Below, one piece after another: positions 48,844-64,000 of a stretch of 64,000 bases of DNA. Source of the DNA: Podarcis filfolensis (Eukaryota); assembly GCA_964270895.1 (NCBI GenBank), contig OZ185452.1; one strand, 5' to 3'. Made by a program: the position numbers and the translations under genes. How positions within the stretch are numbered: position 1 is the stretch's first letter; the number at the start of each line of letters is the position of its first letter. The notes below the pieces were generated by a model that did no database searches, was not told the DNA's origin, and saw nothing but the letters and a program-made list of their open reading frames with translations.

Positions 48844-49357
48844 CAGAGGTCCCCAACCTTTTTGAGTCCACTGCTCCCTTGACAAACTACATTTTTCTGC
48901 AGCACCCCTGTGGGGCTTAGGAGCCCAGTTATGTCACCCCTTGCCTGCAATGCTGGCAGTCTCTCACCCTTTTTCAAATACCCTCCCTTGTGGAGTGTTC
49001 CCTCAGCCTCCCCTCCTTTCCCCTCTCCTTGGGAGTTCTCTGGGCAGTTACAGCTCCTGCCCCTGGTCTCTGAGCTTTCCCCCAACCACAACCCAAAGGG
49101 AGGTGCCTCCTCCCACTGTCCCACAAGGGTCTGGGAAGCACCCCCTGGCCAGTCCCAGAGGCACCATTTGCCTGTGGAGCTTGTAGCCAGGGCTGCTGCA
49201 CCAAACAGCTGTGCAAGCCTTTGGGAGGCAGAAATGCAAGAGAACATCAGAGGAGGGAGGGAAGGAAAAAGGGACAGAGGCCAGTATTGCCCATGGCACC
49301 CCTGACCATCATTCAAGGCACCCTAGGGTGCCATGGCACTCTGGTTGAAAACCACTG
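48844..49357. mobile_element. ~510-bp non-autonomous hAT element
   Basis: CAGAGGTCCCCAACC / GGTTGAAAACCACTG termini; 6/8 TSD (CCTTATAC / CTTAATAC). Confidence 0.75.
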
Positions 49358-50663
49358 CTTAATACAACAGGTGTTTGCCTGCACTGGCGCCAGTCAAGAA
49401 AGAATTGGGAACGCGCACAGGAGGGAAAGTTCCCCTTTGCTGTAGAACCTCAGCCGAGATGAGCAGAGCTCATCATGATTGTATGCTTCCGCAAGAAACA
49501 AATGTTCCTTCAGCTGCTTCTTAACTAATTTTCATGACACGTCAGTCAAAAACTATCCTTATCTTTAATATGGTCAGAAAGCCATAAACATGGCCATAAA
49601 GCAATCTAGATAAATAAATAAAAGATACGCAATATTAAACCACATTGCTAGGTCCATTATCTAAATGAATTTTATATTGTTTTTATTGCTGGTTTGTTTG
49701 CCATTCTGGGCTCCTTTGGAAGAAGTGTTAGGATATAAACTTAGCAGCAGCAGTAACGCATGTTATAAAACTCACGTTGGGTTAGCTAACAAGGCACACA
49801 AAGAAAACTACTGTAGGAAAGAGTGCACAGTACTAGATAATTCCTTTAGCAACATACACATACGTTATCCTGACGCTCCTCCTCACATGTGCTAAAGAAT
49901 GGGATTGCCTTTTTTAAAATTACAGGTGCCCTGTGGGGTTTCTGGAATATTTCAGTACAAAGACTTAAAACACCTGTCTACTAAAATACCTTTTCAGATT
50001 ATAATAAAGTTTTCTAATCAAGTAACAAACTGGTCCTGCTGTGTAGGTATTAGGAGCTTCCTTTGAAGAGAAAATTTATTTAAACTTCCCACATAATAAG
50101 CATAGGAGAGGAACTTGCAGTATAATCCCACAAACGTTTATGCAAGCAGCAAACCTCCCAGAGCTCAACGAAACCGATTCTCTTGTTAGTGTGTTCGGCA
50201 TTACTGTCTTTGGTATCTCTAAAAAGAGAAATCCCATCCTGGGGGGCTGCCACTGAGCAAATAAAAAGAAATGGTGGGGGCAACAGCAGTAGGCAGCTAA
50301 AAGAAATGGAGGGAAAGCACTAAGTTCTTACCTACTTTAAGTGTAGCCCAAACCTTTGCAGGTTCACCCACAAACATACTAAATATTGCCACCACAATCC
50401 CCTCTCCCCCTTCTCTCTCCCCTCCTTCCCCCACCTTATTCTGTATAATGTCTCACATCAAATGTAAAAAAAGACTTTATGGTTTGGGAAAAGAAAAAAA
50501 GACTGCACATTTTTTGTGAACCAAGAAGATATTTAATTTTTTTAAAAAAGTAAACCTGGCTCTGCACAGTGGAACTTACTCCCAGTTCTAGTATGTGTTG
50601 TATGGTTGCTATATTCATTCAGCTATACATTGCGGGAGTGAAGACAGGGGGAAACTGGTACAT

Positions 50664-50790
50664 GGAAGCTAGTGTGGTGTCGTGGTTAAAGCAGTGGGCT
50701 AGGACCAGGGGGTGCCCAGGTTTAAAACCCCACTGACCCTTCATGAAATTCATTGTGTGACCTTGGGCCAGCCACTTCCCTCAGCATACG
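50664..50790 (+). mobile_element. CORE-type (Squam3/MIR-like) SINE 5' half
   Basis: GCTAGTGTGGTGTCGTGGTTAAAGC...GGTTTAAAACCCC...TGTGACCTTGGGCCAG. Confidence 0.7.
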
Positions 50791-51209
50791 TGGCCACATT
50801 CACAATATACATGTAAAGAACTATGATGCCACGTTAAGCAGCCATGGGTTCCCTCAAGCATTTCTGGGAGCTGTAGTTTAAGGGTGCTGAAAGTTGTTAG
50901 GAGACCCCTCTTCCCCTCCCAGAACGACACTTTTCAGAGTGGCTTAACAATCACTTGATCTTCGTAGGGAAAACTTAACCAAAATCAATTAACTAAATCA
51001 GCCGACCTACGGAATCGGTCTCTCTGCGCTAGGATCATGCCATCCCTGCCTTATAAGAAACAAATTCCTAAGCGGGGGGTCAACCGGACGCCAGAGTAAG
51101 AGTCCTCCCCGCAACATAGCCAAATGGAAGAAAAGGCTCCCTTCCCCCTAAAAAAGAGGGGACTTGGGAGGAGACCTTTTTGCACGCCAAGGAGGAGGCG
51201 ATCTATGCA

Positions 51210-52330
51210 CCGTTAGCAGGGCGCTAAACCGCATCGCGCACGAAGATTTGTTTCGGAGCAAACTTGCCTAGGATCGCCCTGCGGCCGGGCGGCTCACCGT
51301 TTTAAGAATTAGTTTGCGAATTGTGTTCTGTTTGCATTTTGTTGTTGTGGCTCCAGAGAACTCCTGATAGGAGGCGATAACGATAAAATGTAGCGAATAA
51401 TTAAATGAGAGCCCCCCCCTTTAAACACACCGGGACTTTTCTTCGTAAACACGCACCGTTTCCCGCTCAGTTAACAAAGTGTGTGCGTGGGGGGGGGATC
51501 ACCCCTCCAGGCGGAGGGGCCCGTTGCCCCACCCGGTCGCATTTACTGACATATAAAAACACGTGCCAGGACTTACTTATTCAAGATACAAAAGGAAAAG
51601 CACCAAGAAAACTGGTAAGAACTTCGGAAAGAGAAGCCAAGGCATCCTTCCCATCCCCTTTAAGGCGGGAAGGCAGGACCGGCGGCGGCGGCGCTCCTCC
51701 TTATTCGTCCTCCGGCACCATTTCCCCGGCCGGCCAGGTTGCCCCCTCCCCTTTAAGGCGCTTGTTTTGGGGCGGGGCCGCGCGGCTGCCGGTGCCGCAG
51801 TGCCTGCCGGGAAGGATGTGAGGCCGCCGGTGGCTGGAGAAAGAGCAGAAGCGGCGGCGGCGGCGGTGGCGGCGAAGGCGGCGCGCGCAGGTGCGTTGCG
51901 TTGCGTCGTGTCGGCTGTGGTGCTGAGGTGGTGGGCGGTGGGCCTCCTCGGTCGGCAGAGCCCCTCACGTATGGTGGAAACGAGGGGGTGGGTGTTCGCG
52001 CCGAGAGTGAGGGGAGGGGAGTCGTCCTCCCCCCCCAAGTAAAATCCCCCTATAGGATGAAAATGAGGGGTGGGTGGGTGGGTGGTCGCTCGTCGAGTCA
52101 TCTTGTGTCCCCCCCACCCAAGCAAAAAGCTACCCGAGTGGCTGGTTGGTTGGGCAGGGATTCTCCCTTCTGCCATGTAAAAGCCTCCCCCCCCCGCGCC
52201 AATAGGGTGGAAACAAGGGGTGGGGGTCATGCCGAGAGGGCCCCCCCCGCTTAGGGTGAAAAGGAGGGAGGGTGGCTGCCCAGGATGTAAGTGAGTAGCG
52301 GCCTGTCAGACAGCCCCCCCCCAGGATGAA
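51210..52330. promoter_or_regulatory. KLC2: CpG island / KLC2 promoter region
   Basis: Abrupt CpG-dense, GC-rich block with (GGC)n tracts, GC box GGGGCGGGG at ~51768, TATAAAA at 51552 and E-box CACGTG at 51560; lies ~5-6 kb upstream of the KLC2 ATG exon. Confidence 0.85.
51780..51890 (+). other. KLC2: Probable non-coding first exon of KLC2 (5' end approximate)
   Basis: GGC-rich 5'UTR-like sequence ending at donor CAG|GTGCGT; would splice to the acceptor tttgtgaag|GCTCAG at 57425. Confidence 0.55.
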
Positions 52331-55300
52331 ATGCGGGGTGGCTGGTGGGATATTTGAGCAAAAACTGCCCCTTGCAGAAGATGGAGATGAGGGGGCGGCC
52401 AGGTGGGTGAGTGAATTCCCTCAGCAGAGGAATGTATGGTGTTGCTACCCCCCCATAAGTAAATTGTGGTCCTTCCATCTCAAAGGTTCCTCCGCCTGGT
52501 GGGTGAGTTCCTTCTGCTTGTTATAAGGGCTTCTCAAGAAGCCCAATGGGGCAGGCAGAGGAGACCTCCACCAATTTCATAAAGGTGCCTGCAGAAACAC
52601 ACATTATGGGGGGGGATGAGTTCTCCCAGACGAAAGAGAGGGACCTAAGATAGATGTTCCTTTGCATTTCCAAAAAGATGGGGTGTGGGATGAGGTGGGC
52701 AAGGACAAAACCTCCTTAAATGGAGGGGTGAGTTTTCCCAACCCAGGAGAATGAGGAATGTGGTTAGAGGGGAGCCTTGCAAGGGATTCCCCCACACAGC
52801 AAAAAAAAAAAAAAAGACAGGGTTGGGTATTCAGAAGTTGGGGGGGAGCTAATTAGACACTCTTAAAAGGATGAGGGCCTCTCTAAACCAAAAGGGGTTC
52901 CTTCCACCAGCTGGATGAGGAGTTGGTAAGGAGGTGAGTCCTCTCAAGACAAGAGGTACTCAAGAAAAGGAGAGAATTATTCCCCAAAAGGAAGGTAGTT
53001 GGTTAGGTAAAAGAGGGGACCCCTTGTCCCTCATAAACACTGAAATGTCAGAAGAGGCTTTTGCAAATCTTCAGCTAGCAGGAATAGAGTAGAGGGAGAG
53101 AGAAGTTATTAGAGTTCTCTCGATAAAAAGAGAGTGGAGGGGCACTATTGTAGCAAGTGGCTGCAGAGTGTCCAAAATATGGGACCTAATGTATTGTGTG
53201 TATCTTCGGGGGGGGAGTGAGGATAGCTTGTGGGTTGATTTGAGACAACCCCCCTTCAAGGAAAGGGTGACGGACGTAAAGTGTGGCACTCTTCCCCCCC
53301 GCCCCCCCCAGCCACAAAGTAATCATGGATGAAAATGCCTCTGGAGTTGAAGTAGAGAATCCCATTTAAGATGGTGGAGTTTCAGAAACTTTTACCACAG
53401 AAGGAAGAGATGGAGGCTCCCAGGAGAGGGGGGGGGTGTTATATAGGTGATGTGTGAAGGTGAGAAGATATTTGAATAGCAGGAGATCTACCTGCAGAAG
53501 GGCATTTGCTGGGCCACCAGAGAAGAGGAATGGAGACTTGTATACATCATTGCTCTGCTGTAGTGACTCTTGCATCGCCGTCTGTTTTAAATTTTTTTGA
53601 ATATATAATATAAACCACCTTGGGAACTTTGGTTTTTAGGCAGGTATAAATACTCCTAAATAAAAATAAACAAAAGAGCAAGGAGTTCCCTTTCAAAAAG
53701 TGAGACAGGTGTCTAGGGAGGTGATGAAGGAGAAGGGAATCACCCTCCTTCCTGCCTTACCATAAGAGGGTGGGAGGCATCATTAGGATCTCCACAAAGT
53801 TAACATAGAGGTTAAGGTCGTACCCTACCTTCAGTATGATCAAAGAGAGGAGAGACTTGATGTACCTTGAAGGAGCACAGTCAAGGCCTGCAGAGGAGGA
53901 AGGAGGCATGTTGCTAACTGGTTGGGCAAAGACTGCTGAGAGAAAAGGAGGCATAGTGGGTTGGTTAAGAAGTTGGGAAAAGAAAGGGTGAAAAGCAGGA
54001 AGATTGAAACACCCCCCCCCAATAAATTAGAGGGATTCTGCAGCGCCTCAAAGGCATAGAGGAGGTAACTCAATCAATGAGATTATCCTCCTAAAGGTTT
54101 AAGGGGTGGTTGGAATAGGTGAGAGGGGTGAACCCCATAATTCATGAAGACTACCAGACTGAAGATCAGGCTAGGGAGACAACCCAGTCTGATTGGAGAT
54201 GGGGAGAAGATGAAGCAGATAATATTGAATGAATTAGGATCATCCCTTGAACATCAGAGGACAGAAACAAGCTGGGTTAGGGGGAGTGGAACCTCAACTC
54301 TTTAAAAAAAATCTGTGAAGGCCTCAGAGTCAGTACCATTTCAATGCTGTAGAAAGAACTCAAGTATAAGGGGAGAAATTTGAGAGGGTAGAATGACAAA
54401 GTAGTCCCATGTCCCCCAATTCCCAGAAATAATCCAAGGCTAAAAGGAAGAGTTTCTGGTCAAAAGGTGTTTTTATAGGCCAAGAATTCTGGAAAAGGCA
54501 CATAGGAGGCTCTTGAGGACTTGGCTATATCTCCCTTGCATCTTACACTTGATTTTGGAGGTGCTTCTCTATAGTTGTGTGGGCCTAACGTGTGTGTGTG
54601 TATGTATATGTATATATGTGCACCTTGAGCCTGTGTGATCGTACAGCAAGGAAGGCCCATCTGTTCAGAAGTTCAGGTCTTGCTTCTTCCTTTTTTTCTT
54701 TGTTGTGATCTTCATCAGAAATCCTGACTATCCAGTTTCTTGAAATGACGGACATGCTTGTTTGTCGGTAAAGAGGGATTTCCTTTAAACAAAATCAAAG
54801 ATGAAAAGAGTACAGAGGTCTCTACTTTTGCCCTTAAAAAAGCCCCAGAGTGGAAAATCAAATCTGCAGAATACTTTACAACTGAGGTGGGTGGGTTTGT
54901 GTGAAAGAACAGATATGCAAAGCTTCCCTGCCCTTTATGATGTGGAGTGGATGGGTGGATATTTCTTGTGTCCCCCCCTCCTTTGTTTTGCTTCTGTACC
55001 TGCCCTAGGTAAATAGGAGATCCTATAAAATGGGAGATACTACCCAAAGTTCCTTGAAAGATTCTGAAACCTCTGGCCGAAAGCATTTCCTTCCTTATTT
55101 CAAGGGGCGGGGATGTTACGTTGCACCAGTCCATCATTCATCCTTTCCCCTCTCCTCTTGATAAGGAGAATGTTAAAAGGGCAATGGAAAGGAGATTGAA
55201 AATAAAAGGGTAGGCTGAGAGGGAGAAATCCTTTTATAAACAGATATGACTGGGGAGGGGGGCAACAGAGCACACTTCATTCATATTTGGGCAGGGGTCA

Positions 55301-55741
55301 GTGCAGTTCTCAACATTTGGATACAAGGACTTCTGAGTTTCAGCTCTTTTTCAGATCAAGGAGAGACGGGCAAAGTGAGTTCTTAGAAATGGCAGTCTGG
55401 TAACTTAAAGGGAAAAGAAGTGTGTCTGGTTCTATCCTGCGTGTGCGTGGGAGAGGTTAAAGCGATCCCTATTGCGCTGCGGCTTCAGTTTGGTTTGCTG
55501 GGCACGGGACTCCACGCCGCATTGCGTCTCGATTGCTGGGGCCTGAGCCAGCCACCTACTGGGGGAGCCGGGAAATGCAATGACAGCCGGACAGGAGGAA
55601 AAAGGGGGGGTTCTCTGCCCCCCTTCTCTCCCCGCCCCTCCCGCTATTCCTTTCCCTCATCTCAAAAATGGTAGAATTAGAAAAGGTCAACTGAGAAGAT
55701 CAAGGGGGGTGAAGTGACTCCCCTATGAGGAAAGAGGCAAC

Positions 55742-56492
55742 ATTTGGGACGTTTTGAGCTTGGAGAAAAAAGGCAGAGGAAGAGGTGGCACGAAGGAAGT
55801 TTAGAAAAATCATGCCTGGCATGGAGAAAGTGGACGGAGAAAAGTTTTCCTCCCTCTCTCATAACACTAGAACTTGGGGACATCCAATGAAGCTGAATGT
55901 TCAGTTGGGGGAAAAGAAAGCCCTCCTTCACGCAGCACATAGTGGAACTGCGGTACTCGCTCCCCCAGGAGGAAGGCATAGCAACCAACTTGGGTCGCTT
56001 TGAAAGAAGATTGGATAACTTCATGGAGGAGAGGGCTGTCAGTGGCTGCTAGCCATGGAGGCTATGCTCTGCCTCTATGGGTAGGCAAACTAATGCCCGG
56101 GGGCCGGATCCGGCCCAATCGCCTTCTAAATCCGGCCCGCGGACAGTCCGGGAATCAACGTGTTTTTACATGAGTAGAATGTGTGCTTTTATTTAAAATG
56201 CATCTCTGGGTTATTTGTGTAGGAATTTATTCATCCCCCCCAAAAAATAAATAAATAGTCCAGCCCCACACAAGGTCTGAGGGACAGTGGACCGGCCCAC
56301 TGCTGAAAAAGTTTGCTGACCCCTGCTAGAGTCAAAGGCGGTGATTCTTCTGAATACCAGTTGCAGGAGAGAGTGCTCTTGTTCTCAGGTCCTGCTTTGC
56401 AGGTTTCCCATAGGCATCTGGACAACCACAGTGAGAACAGGATGCTGGACTAGATGGGCCATTGTCCTGATCCAACAGGCTCTGATGTTCTT
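55742..56492 (+). mobile_element. CR1 LINE 3' end (ORF2 C-terminus plus 3' UTR), interrupted by a hAT MITE
   Basis: FSLEKxR...MEKVDGEKFSSLSHNTRTxGHPMKL ... then GGATGCTGGACTAGATGGGCC...GATCCAACAGGCTCTGATGTTCTT tail. Confidence 0.85.
56076..56325. mobile_element. hAT MITE, copy 2 (same family as 31486-31813)
   Basis: ATGGGTAGGCAAACT...GGGCCGGATCCGGCCC...GTTTGCTGACCCCTG. Confidence 0.88.
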
Positions 56493-57345
56493 TGATTCCT
56501 GAAATGCTGGGGGGGGGGGGGCAACTGCACCTTCTGCCAGACCTTTTTCCTCATTCATGATGGGGCTGTGACTCATCGCCCCCGTGTTGTAACTACAACC
56601 ATTCCAAAGTTGAACTCGAGCATACCTAACAGGTTCTGGTGCTCAGCCTGGCCTCAAATTAAACCCCACCCTGTGCCACATCCTCGCCGCAGGTATGCAA
56701 AGCTCAGGTGTCATCTGGGTCACTTAGAGCACAGTCCTTTGCACTCCAGAAGTCAAATCCCACTGCGGTTGTTTGATGGTAGGGTTGCTCCCTTGTAAGT
56801 ATGTTTTAGGATTGCCGCCTAAGGGTACAAGTGGTTCCCCCATGTGGGAATAGCGGGTAGTAATGTTCTTTCTCATGTGCCTAGGCTTTAGAGCAGGGTT
56901 TCCCAAACTTTGCTGTTTTTGGACTACAACTCCCATCATCATCACTGACCACTCATCCTGCTAGCTAGAGATGACCTTCCAACAAGCCTTTTAAATAGAG
57001 ATTAAGATCCCAGTTTCCATCTGTATTAGAACTGTTTTTAAGAAGTTCTCATTGTTTTATTGCTTGTCTGTTTGCCACCATGGGCTCCTTGGGGTGGAAG
57101 GGTGGGGTGTAAATTTTATTAATAATAATAATAATTACTTAATCCATAAAAATTCACTTGTTCACATGCACTCGTATACCAGCAAAAGTCATGTATTTCC
57201 TCTAAGACAAGAAAACCAACTTGTGCGATGCTTCTGCGCTTCCTTTTTCAGTCTAACCTACCTCACAGGATTGTTGTCAGGAGGGGCCATGTGTGTTACC
57301 TTGACCTACTTTGAAAGGAAGAGTGATCATTATTAAAACAAATAA

Positions 57346-63367
<6,022 letters not shown>

Positions 63368-63880
63368 TAAGGCAAGCTTCTCAGTGATCAAGTTTTTAGC
63401 TTGTACTAAATTCAAGTGAAATGAACGTGGTAAATTAGATCAGTTTCTAGGATATCGTAATGGTTTCCCAATGCAAACTGAAAATTTTCTGATGCAAGTT
63501 ACCCTGATCTGCGTGGGGAAAATGTTCAGGATATAAACAAATAAAATATGAAACAAAACAATACTATTAAACAAAACAAAATGCTGGAAGATCTGATAAG
63601 TCCCTGGCCTGCAGAGCCATTGCCTGTGGGCTATGGCTTCACCCTCCCCACTCCACACACCTTTGTTGCTGTTCTGTTGTCAGGGGTCTTCATCCCCCAC
63701 CCTTTTGCTCAAAGTCATATTCCCTTGACAAAAATTGCAATACATGCACTGCGCTTGTTAAACAAGTTGCTTCTATTTAACCCCGTCTCTTCCAGGCTGT
63801 CTGTTTCCCCACCCCCACCCTGCTCTTCATTGTCTGCTGTCCTCCTTTATTCAGAACACTGAGGACTAGAATCTTGTTTG

Positions 63881-64000
63881 GAAGAGTGGCCATATCTCAG
63901 TGGCAGAGCATCTGCTTTGCATGCAGAAGGTCCCAGGTTCAATCCTCAGTGACATTTTCAGGAAATAACCCCTGCTGCCAGTCAGATGGGATGAATAGCC
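63881..64000 (+). mobile_element. tRNA-Ala-derived SINE (runs off window)
   Basis: CTCAGTGGCAGAGCATCTGCTTTGCATGCAGAAGGTCCCAGGTTCAATCC ... GCTGCCAGTCAG. Confidence 0.8.

Noticed and set aside
49380-49476. Minus-strand C-box ATGATGA (49476-49470) with CTGA ~17 nt downstream, as a possible C/D snoRNA
   Set aside because: No canonical terminal D box or terminal stem at snoRNA distance and no rRNA/snRNA complement that I could identify.
51405-52254. Long overlapping ORFs (117-217 aa) on both strands
   Set aside because: Expected artefact of stop-poor, GC-rich CpG-island sequence; low-complexity Ala/Arg/Pro translations with no recognisable domain.

Overview
Vertebrate genomic DNA, almost certainly a squamate (lizard). 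The repeat content (BovB, CR1, L2, tRNA-Ala-headed and CORE-type SINEs, hAT and Tc1/mariner MITEs) looks lacertid-like, which is an inference. Two intron-rich genes lie in tandem on the + strand, in the same order as human 11q13. PACS1: coding exons 2-24 (8650-43664; exon 1 is upstream of the window) and a probable ~4.8-kb 3' UTR. KLC2: CpG-island promoter at ~51.2-52.3 kb and the first six coding exons (57433-63226; the gene runs off the end). All 29 coding exons were placed by hand using GT-AG boundaries and phase continuity, compared with the human proteins from memory. Most ORFs in the supplied track are spurious intronic ORFs. The best leads are: (1) two frame-preserving candidate cassette exons (30 nt and 75 nt) in PACS1 intron 12; (2) a CpG-rich, sense-oriented solo LTR in intron 17 with promoter elements, a perfect Sox2-Oct4 composite motif, a splice donor and a poly(A) signal; (3) a stop-free, in-frame 216-nt intron 22; (4) a spliced divergent transcript from the KLC2 CpG island that may encode a 62-aa microprotein; (5) MITEs carrying ZNF143/THAP11-type motifs, one just upstream of the CpG island. 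No CRISPR arrays, rRNA or genuine tRNA genes were seen. None of the leads is confirmed; all need RNA or comparative data.
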